This document shows positions 28,967 through 38,558 of a stretch of DNA of 64,000 nucleotides, piece by piece; the first letter of the stretch is position 1; every line of letters starts with the position of its first letter. Origin of the DNA: an uncultured Veillonellaceae bacterium (GTDB lineage Bacteria; Bacillota; Negativicutes; JARBTT01); assembly GCA_963805085.1 (NCBI GenBank), contig CAWDTA010000001.1:64001-128000 (forward strand), read 5' to 3'. Both the position numbers and the translations under genes were made by a program. The notes beneath the pieces are model-generated. The model saw only the letters and a list, made by a program, of their open reading frames with translations. It was not told the origin of the DNA and made no database searches.

Positions 28967-30244
28967 TTAAGATTGCCCGGTAAAAGTTAGGTACAATAAA
29001 ACAGCATTCAAAGCTATTATGATACTAACGATGCTCCAGCCTACAATATTTGTCAGGCGACTATTTTTAAAAGAGCCCATAATACTTTTTTTGTTTGTAA
29101 TAATCATCAGCGGGATAATCGTTGATGGTAGAGCAAAGCTTAAAATAACTTGGCTATAAACCAACGCTTCCATTGGGTTAATACCGGACATTAAAATTCC
29201 TAGAGCAGGTAGCATGGTCACGAGACGACGAATGCTGGCTCGGATATCAAAGCCTAAAAATCCTTTTAAGATGACTTCCCCAGCCATAGTGCCCACTGTT
29301 GAAGAAGATAGTCCAGAGGCCAAAAGTGCTATACCAAATGCTCCTGCTGCCATGTTTCCCATTAATGGTTGCAGCGTTAGATAAGCTTGCTCAATACCAT
29401 CTACATTTAACCCATTTCCATTGAAAGCGGCTGCGGAAACAATTACCATAGCGGCATTGACAACGAAGGCCATGTTCATTGCGATAAAAACTTCCATCTT
29501 AGCCATTTTGAGATGGTGTTTACAATCGCTTAGGCAGTCGGTACGTCGTGGTTGAACCAGTTCGGAATGTAAGTAAATAACATGTGGCATAACGGTTGCG
29601 CCCAGCATACCTACGGCTATTATTATACTGTCTTGGGATAGAATAGGAACAGCAGTATGATAGGCAACTTGACTCCAATCTGGAGTGGATTCAAACATTT
29701 CCCATACATAGGCAATACTGATTACGGCGACCATACCGGTGATGATTCGTTCAACGACTCGCTGACCATATTTTTGCAGATGGCATATTACATAGGTAAT
29801 CACACCTGTTAAGGCAGCCGACCACATTAAAGGAATTCCGAACAATAGATTAAATCCTAACACTCCCCCAAGAAATTCCGCAAGGTCTGTAGCCATAGCT
29901 GCCACTGTAGCTATAGACCAATATCCCCAATTAACCGGTCGGGAAAACATCTGTCCGCAATGCGCAGGTAAGTTCATCCCTGTGGCTATTCCAAGTTTTG
30001 CTGATAAAGTTTGCACAAAAATTGCCATAATATTACTCCACAGTATAACCCATAACAAATTATAAGCAAATTGAGAACCACCACTGATGTTAGTACCAAA
30101 ATTGCCGGGATCCATATATGCAACACTGACGACGAATGCGGGACCCATGTACTTCAATAGGCCTTTTGCTTTTTGCTTGATTTCTGCTCCGTCTATAGAT
30201 GGTAAGTCTATAGGAACACGAGACGCTAATTGTTGGTCTTTCAT
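28967..30244 (-). CDS. mntH: Nramp Mn2+/H+ symporter MntH
   Basis: AYMDPGN, GATVMPHVIYLHS, GTMAG. Confidence 0.95.
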   Translation of the reverse strand: MKDQQLASRVPIDLPSIDGAEIKQKAKGLLKYMGPAFVVSVAYMDPGNFGTNISGGSQFAYNLLWVILWSNIMAIFVQTLSAKLGIATGMNLPAHCGQMFSRPVNWGYWSIATVAAMATDLAEFLGGVLGFNLLFGIPLMWSAALTGVITYVICHLQKYGQRVVERIITGMVAVISIAYVWEMFESTPDWSQVAYHTAVPILSQDSIIIAVGMLGATVMPHVIYLHSELVQPRRTDCLSDCKHHLKMAKMEVFIAMNMAFVVNAAMVIVSAAAFNGNGLNVDGIEQAYLTLQPLMGNMAAGAFGIALLASGLSSSTVGTMAGEVILKGFLGFDIRASIRRLVTMLPALGILMSGINPMEALVYSQVILSFALPSTIIPLMIITNKKSIMGSFKNSRLTNIVGWSIVSIIIALNAVLLYLTFTGQS

Positions 30245-30321
30245 TTTTTCACTCCTCAGATGCTTTTGCTATCACCACATTTAAGTTGTAACACTGCAAA
30301 GAGTTTTGCAGTAGTACTATA

Positions 30322-30349
30322 TAGAATATGACTTCATAATAGGATTTGT
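30322..30349 (-). promoter_or_regulatory. Sigma-K-like promoter of mntH
   Basis: AC-N17-CATATTCTA. Confidence 0.45.
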
Positions 30350-30628
30350 GAAAGTTTGAAGTAGACAAGCATAGGTGAGAAGTATGGTTTTATTGGTGTC
30401 ATATATTTATTAATAAAAAAAGTTGTTATCTAGACAGCTTTTTATGTTGAGTTTCTATAGTATAGTTGTAAAAACTAATTACAGTATATGACTTAAAATT
30501 GTTAGTAATTTGATGAAAACGTGAAATTATATAAGATTAATAGCCATAAATAAGTATCAATTGATAATTTGATTGAAATACATTAAATTTGATCGAATTT
30601 AACATTTGAATTAATTTTAATGAATCTA

Positions 30629-30657
30629 TTGACAATAATTATTCAAGGTAGTATTCT
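30629..30657 (+). promoter_or_regulatory. Sigma-A promoter of the M-box leader
   Basis: TTGACA-N17-TATTCT. Confidence 0.7.
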
Positions 30658-30674
30658 AATAACGAACTAAATAA

Positions 30675-30843
30675 TTCTTCGTTAGGTGAGGCTCCTGCAT
30701 TGAACATAGGCCACTGCCCGGAAACGTCGAGAGACGCCAATGGGTAGAACAGGTATGACCGGATTAAGGTTTTACATAAGGTGGCTGAGTAACTGATTGT
30801 TAATTCTACGTCATGCAGTGTCAAAGCTCGTACGAGTGGGGAA
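30675..30843 (+). ncRNA. M-box (ykoK) Mg2+ riboswitch
   Basis: TTCGTTAGGTGAGGCTCCT...CTGCCCGGAAACGTCGAGAGACGCCAATGGGTAGAACAGG...AAAGCTCG.ACGAG; upstream of Mg transport genes. Confidence 0.93.
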
Positions 30844-30866
30844 GGTAATATAGTATTTGTATGCTT

Positions 30867-30903
30867 AGCAACGCCTTCCGAAATGTAGAGGCGTTGTTTT
30901 TTT
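30867..30903 (+). terminator. M-box expression-platform terminator
   Basis: agcaacgcct...aggcgttgtt plus T run. Confidence 0.8.
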
Positions 30904-30928
30904 GCGTGAAAAAGGAGGTGAGGCAACT

Positions 30929-31084
30929 TTGGATAGTGGTGAGGGTGGCCCTTGTTTATGTAGCTATCAAGAAGAAAATTTTAGGCAAGAAGATGATGCG
31001 GATGGGCCAAGGAACTTGAGAAGTTGCCTTGCTGAAGCCAGAAGCATTCAATTAGAGCTTGGTTTACTCGAGTGTATTATTTAA
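30929..31084 (+). CDS. Putative 51-aa acidic, Cys-containing small protein
   Basis: RBS AAAGGAGGTGA then TTG; first ORF after the M-box terminator. Confidence 0.55.
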   Translation: MDSGEGGPCLCSYQEENFRQEDDADGPRNLRSCLAEARSIQLELGLLECII

Positions 31085-31329
31085 TATGAAGATTGATTTT
31101 ATCGAATAATAATATAAAAATAACGAAATCTTAACATGAAGTTATCTAAAACTGATTATGATAAAGAATGATATTATCCTTTCGCTGTAAAACAAAGTTT
31201 ATTAAATGGCCAGATTTTCTGTAGTGAAGTTATACGAGGTAAGTTTTATGGATTCCGATACTGAAGATCGTTGTGGGCAATCATGCTTGTAAATCAGTAT
31301 GGGATCAGTCAAAAAAGGAGTAATCAATT

Positions 31330-32613
31330 ATGAATCAAGTTAAAGTGTTGGGAGAGTTTTACTTTAGCAAATTATTAGGTACACCTGTCTATGATAAAAG
31401 TGGCCGGAATATCGGCAAAATAAGAGATATGGCGGTGCGATGGGAAGGTACTTATCCAAAAATTGTGGGGATTAAACATATAAAGAAAACACATCAATTG
31501 ATTCCCATTGACCAGATTGCGTGTTGTAGTTATAAGGAAGTAAGACTAAAAGAAAATTTTGAAATAGAGAAAACTGCAATTCTTCATGAAAATGATATTT
31601 ACATTAGTAGATGGCTTTTAGATAAGCAAATTATTGATTTAAAAGGCTCTAAACTTGTGCGGGTAAATGATATTACATTGTCTTGGGTAGTGCAGGAAAA
31701 CCTTGAAAGTATGGTATTGGTTGCTGTTGATATTGGAATAAGAGGTCTTTTTCGTCGTCTAGGATTGGAGTTTTTAGTCAAGGGCTATCAAAATAACTTG
31801 TTGGGTTTACAATATATTAAACCATTAGAAAGCTGGAATTCCTTTCTTCAACTGAATCGCGAGAAGCAACAGGTTAGTGAATTGCATCCTGCGGATATTG
31901 CGGATTTACTAGAGGAAATGGATTACAAAACACGTGCTGGTTTTATTGAGAAGCTAGATGACCAACAAGCTGTGGATGCTTTGATTGAAATGGACTTGGA
32001 TTCACAAGTTGAAATTATTGAACAAATGGATGAACAGCGGGCATCTGATTTATTAGAAGAAATGCCACCAGATGAGGCGGCAGATATTCTAGTGGAAATG
32101 ACTGCAGAAAAATCAGAGGGATTACTCAACCTGATGGAAGTGGATGATGCCGAGGAAGTGCGCGAACTTATGCAGTATGAAGAAGGTACTGCCGGGGCAT
32201 TGATGACAACAGAATTTATTGCCTTTTCTGCAGATCTTACGCCTGAAGAGGTTATCAATCAGCTCAGAGAGCTGGCACCAGAAGCAGAAACTATTTATTA
32301 TTTATATGTGGTGGATCAGGAAGAACATTTGCAGGGGGTTCTGTCTTTACGTGAACTCATTGTGGCATCGCCAAAGGCAACATTGCGTCAATTGATGCAT
32401 ACGAAACTGAGAACAGTGCATCCGGAAGAAGATCATCAACGTGTTGCAGAGGTTATCAATAAATATGGATTGCTGGCCGTACCTGTAGTTGATGGGCAAG
32501 GGATTATTTTGGGGATTGTCACGGTTGATGATATTGTTGACATTTTAATACCGGAACGTGGCAAAATGGATACATATTCTTGGTTCGCCCTTAGTAAGTG
32601 GGGTGGTAGATGA
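31330..32613 (+). CDS. Soluble MgtE-like protein (PRC barrel + MgtE_N + CBS pair, no TM domain)
   Basis: LHPADIADLLEE, Y.EGTAGALMTTE, GIVTVDDI; ends after the CBS pair. Confidence 0.88.
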   Translation: MNQVKVLGEFYFSKLLGTPVYDKSGRNIGKIRDMAVRWEGTYPKIVGIKHIKKTHQLIPIDQIACCSYKEVRLKENFEIEKTAILHENDIYISRWLLDKQIIDLKGSKLVRVNDITLSWVVQENLESMVLVAVDIGIRGLFRRLGLEFLVKGYQNNLLGLQYIKPLESWNSFLQLNREKQQVSELHPADIADLLEEMDYKTRAGFIEKLDDQQAVDALIEMDLDSQVEIIEQMDEQRASDLLEEMPPDEAADILVEMTAEKSEGLLNLMEVDDAEEVRELMQYEEGTAGALMTTEFIAFSADLTPEEVINQLRELAPEAETIYYLYVVDQEEHLQGVLSLRELIVASPKATLRQLMHTKLRTVHPEEDHQRVAEVINKYGLLAVPVVDGQGIILGIVTVDDIVDILIPERGKMDTYSWFALSKWGGR

Positions 32614-33878
32614 TGAAAAATATGCGTGCTCGTTTAGGTTTATTCTTAGCAGTAATGGGACCAGGTGTTGTTACTGCCTTTGCTGATAATGATGCTGGTG
32701 GTATCGCTACCTATGCTGCTGCTGGTGCAACATATGGGTATGATCTATTATTTACCCTATTGATTAGCACGGTTTGTCTCGCCATTGCGCAAGAAATTTC
32801 TGCGCGGACAGGTGCTGTTACTGGGCGAGGTTTATCCGATTTGATTCGTGAGTCCTTTGGTGTCAAATGGACGTTTTTTGCCATGATTGTATTATTGATT
32901 GCCAATATTGGTACGACAGCATCAGAATTTTCTGGTATTGCTACTAGTTTTGAGATGTTTGGTATCCATAAGATTATCGCAGTACCAATCATGGCCTTTG
33001 TCGTTTGGTGGTCGGTTCTTAAGGGAAATTACTCTCGGATTGAAAAATTGTTTTTTGTGTTGTGTGCCACCTTTTTAAGTTATATTATATCGGGAGTTAT
33101 TATAAATCCGCCTTGGGAGGAAGTGCTATTGGCTTCGGTTACGCCGACCTTTCATAGCGACGCGGATTTTCTCATGATGGCTATTGGTCTTATTGGTACA
33201 ACGATCACGCCTTGGGGGCAGTTTTACGTACAGGCCGCAGTCGTTGATAAAGGCATAACAGCTAAAGACTATAAATATACCTTCTGGGATGTTATGCTTG
33301 GGGCTTTCTTTACTTGGTTAATTGCATTCTTCGTCGTTGTAGCTACGGCAGCTACTCTAAATGCCAATGATATTCAAATTGAAACTGTGAAAGATGCAGC
33401 GATGGCTCTGGAGCCTTTGGCGGGGAAATATGCTAGCATGTTGTTTTCCTTTGGATTGCTCGGAGCCTCTATGCTTGCGGCATTTATTTTGCCACTCAGT
33501 AGTGCTTATGCTGTTTGTGAAGCCTTTGGCTTTGAAAGCGGGGTTAGTAAAAAGCCAAAAGAAGCGCCCATATTTTTTGGAGTCTATACGGTGATTATTT
33601 TGCTCGGGGCAGCGATCGCTCTATGGCCTGGGATATCACTAACTGCAGTTATGTTGGCATCCCAGGTTGTAAATGGAGTGTTGTTACCACCGATTCTGAT
33701 TTTCATGGTACTGATTGCTAGCAATGAATCTATTATGGGTAAGTATAAAAATTCTAACTGGTATAATATTGTCGCATGGGCGTTTACTACCGTATTAATT
33801 GTTTTAACCTTAATGTTGTTGATTTCTACGGTAGCTCCTGAATTCATGAATAGCTTCATGAAATTAATTGGATTATAA
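32610..33878 (+). CDS. Nramp-related Mg2+ transporter (NRMT/NrmT type)
   Basis: ADNDAGGIATY, GTTITPW; under M-box control. Confidence 0.85.
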   Translation: MMKNMRARLGLFLAVMGPGVVTAFADNDAGGIATYAAAGATYGYDLLFTLLISTVCLAIAQEISARTGAVTGRGLSDLIRESFGVKWTFFAMIVLLIANIGTTASEFSGIATSFEMFGIHKIIAVPIMAFVVWWSVLKGNYSRIEKLFFVLCATFLSYIISGVIINPPWEEVLLASVTPTFHSDADFLMMAIGLIGTTITPWGQFYVQAAVVDKGITAKDYKYTFWDVMLGAFFTWLIAFFVVVATAATLNANDIQIETVKDAAMALEPLAGKYASMLFSFGLLGASMLAAFILPLSSAYAVCEAFGFESGVSKKPKEAPIFFGVYTVIILLGAAIALWPGISLTAVMLASQVVNGVLLPPILIFMVLIASNESIMGKYKNSNWYNIVAWAFTTVLIVLTLMLLISTVAPEFMNSFMKLIGL

Positions 33879-33910
33879 ATGATTGCTTTTTATATGAAAT
33901 TTGAATACTA

Positions 33911-33982
33911 AATTATAAAAAGAAAGTTTGAACAGAGCATGTTATATAACGAGCGCATCTGTTCAAACTTTCTTTTATAATT
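33911..33982. terminator. Long hairpin between convergent genes
   Basis: About 25-bp arms aattataaaa(a)gaaagtttgaacaga/tctgttcaaactttcttttataatt. Confidence 0.7.
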
Positions 33983-34025
33983 TTTCATCAATTTTTGAAA
34001 AATATGCTTGGTTTAAATCATGTAG

Positions 34026-34493
34026 TTACTGCTTTTCTGTTGCTAATACACGTAGTATTTCATCTATATCAGGCAATTGATCCATGGGATAAATTTTTGT
34101 CCAAAGTATTTTCCCCTCTTCATCCACAATGAAATTAGCACGCTCAGAAAAACCATCCTGTTCACGGAATATCCCATATTCCTTCGCTACTTTTCCATGA
34201 GGCCAAAAATCGGCAGGAAGACTCATGTTTTTAATCGATAAGCAGGATGCCCAAACCTTTTTGGAAGGACCGGAATCAACACTAAAACCCATAGGGGTAG
34301 TATTTAATTTTTCGAATGTGAACCAGTTCTCTTCAAGGGCTCTCATTTGGTCCGTACAAACTGGGGTCCAAGCGAGTGGATGCCATGACAGGAGTACCTT
34401 TTTTCCTCTGAAATCGGATAAACGTATATAGGAATCATTTTGATCTGGAATAGTAAAATTTGGAGCTTCATCGCCAATAGCAAATGATTTCAT
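34026..34493 (-). CDS. Peroxiredoxin (AhpE-like)
   Basis: PLAWTPVC, DFWPHG.VA..YG, SERA.F. Confidence 0.88.
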   Translation of the reverse strand: MKSFAIGDEAPNFTIPDQNDSYIRLSDFRGKKVLLSWHPLAWTPVCTDQMRALEENWFTFEKLNTTPMGFSVDSGPSKKVWASCLSIKNMSLPADFWPHGKVAKEYGIFREQDGFSERANFIVDEEGKILWTKIYPMDQLPDIDEILRVLATEKQ

Positions 34494-34554
34494 GATATAT
34501 CCCCCTTATTTTCACTTGAAAGTTTGCTCAACTAAGTAAATGAAAAGATAACAA

Positions 34555-34584
34555 TAGTATGATTACCATTTTTCTTATTTATAA
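34555..34584 (-). promoter_or_regulatory. Sigma-G-like promoter of prx
   Basis: TTATA-N18-CATACTA. Confidence 0.4.
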
Positions 34585-34755
34585 TAAAAATATATAGTCG
34601 GTTCTATATTTTATATTTTTAAGTTTGAAATAGTATTTTTATGAGGATAAGAATCCAATACTATTTTAAATTTATGAATTTTGATAAATGATAAAATTAT
34701 GATTCTTACTATTATAAATCGTTGGCTATCAGTTGATCATAATTGTGAGAACCTT

Positions 34756-34785
34756 GTATATCCTTTCATAAAATCTAGAATACTA
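34756..34785 (+). promoter_or_regulatory. Sigma-G-like promoter of the GltB-like gene
   Basis: GTATA-N18-AATACTA. Confidence 0.4.
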
Positions 34786-34803
34786 TTTCTGGGAGGTGTA
34801 TTT

Positions 34804-36213
34804 ATGTTAATGAATTGGCTATTGACGAAGTTAACGAATCCAGCAATGGATGATACTGTTAAAAAAATGTTTACGGAAGGCTATTCTGATAATCTTTTTC
34901 TTATGGTAACAGCCGCAGAAAAAATATCACCAAAAGCTATGTTTGAAACTGCAATGAGAGCTGAATCAGGAAAAGAGATAGCTCGTCCATTAGGAAGCCC
35001 AGTTGTATTATCGCCATGGGATAAAATCTTATTGAATCCCAAGCAATTATTTGAATTACCAACCGAAGATTATACAATGATTAATACCCAAACAATCATT
35101 GGTCCAAATGCGAAGAAACCTTTGGTTTTAGATATCCCGATTATGATTACAGGGATGTCTTATGGCGGCTCGCTTAGTTTACCTATGAAGATGGCATTAG
35201 CAAAAGGAGCCGCTATGGCAGGGACTTCTACCAACACGGGTGAGTCAGCCGTAACTAATGAAGAGCGCGATTCAGCGAAATTTTTAATTGGGCAATATCA
35301 TCGAGGTGGTCAATTAAGTGGTCCAGAACAATTAAGTCGTTTGGATGCGATTGAAATTCAACTTGGCCAAGGTGCTTGGGGAGGTGCGGTGGATGAGCCA
35401 ATGTTGGCAAGAGATATTGGCAATCATTTACGTGAGGCCTGGCATTTAGAAAAAGGCCAAGATGCTACGGTTTATTCTCGTATGCCAGGAAAGAGTACGA
35501 CGCAAGACTATATTAATATGGTCAATGCGATGAAAGAACAGTATGATGTACCTGTTGGTGTAAAAATTGCAGGAACGGATTATATAGAATATGAATTGGC
35601 TGTTATTGCTAAAACACAGGCAGATTATATCGTGATAGATGGGTCAGAAGGTGGGACGGCTTCTTCAAATCCAACGTTACAGGATAATGTTGGATTACCT
35701 ACGCTGCATACACTGGTAAGAACCGTTGCTTGGTTAACTGAAAATGGGCTAAGAGAAAAATTTAGTATTATTGTTGCGGGTGGTATGGCAACCCCTGGAC
35801 ATTTCTTAAAGGCGCTTGCGCTAGGTGCAGATGCAATTTACATTGGAACTGTTGCTCTTTTGGCGGCTATGCATACGCAAATTACGAAAGTGCTGCCACA
35901 AGCGCCGCCATCCCAACTGGCTCTGTATACAGGTAAAATGACAGATTTGTTAGATATTGATATGGCAGCAGAGCATTTAGCAAAGTATTTAAATTCATGC
36001 ACTTTAGAAATGAAACTTGCCATTCAAGCAGTTGGCAAAAGCTCTTCTAAGGAACTAAATAGTAGCGATTTGGTAACTGTAGATAAAGATCTAGCCGAGT
36101 TTATTGGAATTCGCTACGCAGCAAGTTCGCGTCAAAGTAAAGAAGAATCTGCACAAGGAAATGCAATGGGAAAAGAAAAAAAACATCATAAATCGTTTTT
36201 TCAACTGCAATAA
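34804..36213 (+). CDS. FMN-binding glutamate-synthase-family protein
   Basis: GMSYGGSLS, NTGE, EIQLGQGA, IDGSEGGT, KALALGAD; start after GGGAGGTG. Confidence 0.85.
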   Translation: MLMNWLLTKLTNPAMDDTVKKMFTEGYSDNLFLMVTAAEKISPKAMFETAMRAESGKEIARPLGSPVVLSPWDKILLNPKQLFELPTEDYTMINTQTIIGPNAKKPLVLDIPIMITGMSYGGSLSLPMKMALAKGAAMAGTSTNTGESAVTNEERDSAKFLIGQYHRGGQLSGPEQLSRLDAIEIQLGQGAWGGAVDEPMLARDIGNHLREAWHLEKGQDATVYSRMPGKSTTQDYINMVNAMKEQYDVPVGVKIAGTDYIEYELAVIAKTQADYIVIDGSEGGTASSNPTLQDNVGLPTLHTLVRTVAWLTENGLREKFSIIVAGGMATPGHFLKALALGADAIYIGTVALLAAMHTQITKVLPQAPPSQLALYTGKMTDLLDIDMAAEHLAKYLNSCTLEMKLAIQAVGKSSSKELNSSDLVTVDKDLAEFIGIRYAASSRQSKEESAQGNAMGKEKKHHKSFFQLQ

Positions 36214-36222
36214 AATACTATC

Positions 36223-36277
36223 GACCATAAATAAAACGGCGCATCTTGCATAGCCGTTTTATTTATGGTCTTTTTTT
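36223..36277 (+). terminator. Intrinsic terminator
   Basis: gaccataaataaaacggc/gccgttttatttatggtc plus T run. Confidence 0.75.
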
Positions 36278-36319
36278 GACCTTATTCCAATAAGTTGTTA
36301 CTAAGAGCTTATAACTAAG

Positions 36320-37378
36320 GTGGTGCAGGTAGTGGAGCGTGCAAAAATACAAGCGATAGGTACTGCGACCCCACGATATTCTATAGGACAACAGGAGGTG
36401 AAAGATTTTGCTTTTAGACTATTTGGACATTCATATAAGGATATAAACCGCTTACTTACTGTATTTGATAATAAACATATTCATAAGCGGTATTTAGCAA
36501 TGCCTATGGAATGGTATGAAGAGGAGCATTCATTTGCTGAAGCGAATCTGATTTATCAGCAAGTTGGATTAGAGTTAGCGGAGCAAGCAAGTCGAGCAGC
36601 TATGCAAACAGCTGGAATAGATCCACTAGATATTGGCATGATTATAGTGATTTCCTCAACAGGAATTGCTACACCTACCTTAGATTCTACTCTGATTCAA
36701 AGGCTAGGGTTGGCAGAACATACAAAACGCGTTCCTATCTGGGGATTGGGCTGTGCGGGTGGGGTAGCTGGGCTCGCACGAGCGGCGGAGCTGGCGAAAG
36801 CGGTAACAGGAAAAGCAGTATTGCTAGTAGCAGTAGAGTTATGTAGTTTGACGTTCCAACGCAATGATTTTTCAAAAGCAAACTTAATCGGTACAAGTCT
36901 TTTCGCAGATGGTGCAGCGGCTGTATTAATCTCAGAAGATGGAGATGGACCCGAAATAGTAAAGAGCTATAGTCACCTGTTTCCTAAATCAGCAGATGTT
37001 ATGGGATGGGATATCGTAGAAACTGGTCTGAAAGTGCGATTCTCAAAAAGCATTCCGCATATTATCATGAATTTATTGCCGGCGGTTATAGAAAATTGTT
37101 GTACAATTTGGAATATAGAACAAAGAAAAATAGAATACTATGTTGTACATCCAGGTGGTGAGAAGGTTATTCTGGCATATCAAAATAGTCTTGGCTTATC
37201 AGAGGATGTATTGCAATATGCGGTTCAGGCCCTGTATGAGTATGGGAATATGTCGAGTGTTTCTATTTTATTTGAGATGAAAGAATTTATTTCTCATTCG
37301 ATAAGGAAAGGAAAGTATGGAATCATGTTAGCATTGGGACCAGGGTTTAGTGCAGAACAGGTATTGTTTTTATGGTAA
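36320..37378 (+). CDS. bpsA: Type III polyketide synthase (alkylpyrone/alkylresorcinol, BpsA-like)
   Basis: Cys-His-Asn triad: GLGCAGG, HPGG, YGNMSS; LGPGF. Confidence 0.9.
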   Translation: MVQVVERAKIQAIGTATPRYSIGQQEVKDFAFRLFGHSYKDINRLLTVFDNKHIHKRYLAMPMEWYEEEHSFAEANLIYQQVGLELAEQASRAAMQTAGIDPLDIGMIIVISSTGIATPTLDSTLIQRLGLAEHTKRVPIWGLGCAGGVAGLARAAELAKAVTGKAVLLVAVELCSLTFQRNDFSKANLIGTSLFADGAAAVLISEDGDGPEIVKSYSHLFPKSADVMGWDIVETGLKVRFSKSIPHIIMNLLPAVIENCCTIWNIEQRKIEYYVVHPGGEKVILAYQNSLGLSEDVLQYAVQALYEYGNMSSVSILFEMKEFISHSIRKGKYGIMLALGPGFSAEQVLFLW

Positions 37379-37385
37379 TTGTAGG

Positions 37386-37904
37386 ATGATCGTTATTTTA
37401 CTAACGATCGTACTATGTCAACGGGTCATTGAGTTATATATTGCAAGGCGAAATCGCCGAATGGCTATGGCATTAGGGGCTAAGGAATACGGGGCCAATC
37501 ATTATTATCTATTTTTCGTGTTACATATAGGGTGGATCGCCGGTTGGGTAATAGAATCCTATGTGCATGGTTGGGTGCTAAGCAAGTATTGGTATATTTG
37601 GGCCATAGTACTGGTAAATGCACAAATTCTTCGTTATTGGTGCATCGCTAGTTTGGGCTATTGCTGGAATACAAGGATTTTAGTAATTCCAGGAGCGGAG
37701 CGGATCAGCGATGGCCCATATCAATTTTTGAAGCATCCTAATTATGTAGCAGTAGCACTAGAAATGATCAGTGTTCCTTTACTGTGTAATGCGTTTATCA
37801 CAGCTTTTGTCGCTAGTATCTGTAATGCATTTTTGCTATTAAAGATTCGCATTCCAGAAGAAGAAAGAGCAATCAATCAATTAAAAAATAAAGATATGAT
37901 ATGA
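37386..37904 (+). CDS. bpsB: Isoprenylcysteine carboxyl methyltransferase family (BpsB-like)
   Basis: QR..EL..ARRN, LG..WNTRI, GPY..LKHPNY, RI.EEE. Confidence 0.85.
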   Translation: MIVILLTIVLCQRVIELYIARRNRRMAMALGAKEYGANHYYLFFVLHIGWIAGWVIESYVHGWVLSKYWYIWAIVLVNAQILRYWCIASLGYCWNTRILVIPGAERISDGPYQFLKHPNYVAVALEMISVPLLCNAFITAFVASICNAFLLLKIRIPEEERAINQLKNKDMI

Positions 37905-38135
37905 TGAAGTTAATCACATCTTATAAATATATTGATTTTTGCTTAAAACACGGGGTGATTATAACACTTTATTTGGACAAGCTTTCAATTAAAGCGTTTA
38001 CTATAGATTTTAGCGTGGATCAGCTTGTCTATAGTTTGACCTCAATAATTCTAAATTAGATAGAAGTTGCGTGAATACTATAATGAATAAAAGTCGCCTT
38101 TTAGGCGGCTTTTGTTCGTTATAACTGCAAACGAT

Positions 38136-38558
38136 TTATTCTGCACAAAGTAAAAGTAGACCACTGGTGATGAGGGCGGCACCGATTATTTGAATGAGAC
38201 TCACTGGCTCCTGATAAAAAAAATGACTAAAGATAATAGTGACTAATGGTGCGCAAGATAAAATAAGTGATACTTCACCAATATTGCCTTTCTGGAGTGC
38301 ATAGAAATAAGCCAAGTCACCTAAAAAGGCTGCTAAGGAGGCTTCGATACTAATCGCAATCCAAAAAGATAAAGGTAATTTTGTTATATGATCATTGTAA
38401 TTGCTATATGTCAACCATACAATTGCTAATAATGCAGCAATGAGTGTACGAATAGCAAAGGCAAGCATAGGACTTACATTTGCCAAAGCTGTTTTGCCAA
38501 ATAAAGGGGCAATGCCAAGACAGAGAACGCCTAACATAGCATATAAAAAAACCATCAT
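38136..38558 (-). CDS. Single-domain EamA/DMT transporter
   Basis: Hydrophobic, YFYALQKG, APLVT, QEPVS. Confidence 0.8.
   Translation of the reverse strand: MMVFLYAMLGVLCLGIAPLFGKTALANVSPMLAFAIRTLIAALLAIVWLTYSNYNDHITKLPLSFWIAISIEASLAAFLGDLAYFYALQKGNIGEVSLILSCAPLVTIIFSHFFYQEPVSLIQIIGAALITSGLLLLCAE

Noticed and set aside
30639-30926. 95-aa minus-strand ORF
   Set aside because: It is the antisense of the M-box riboswitch; no RBS or protein-like features.
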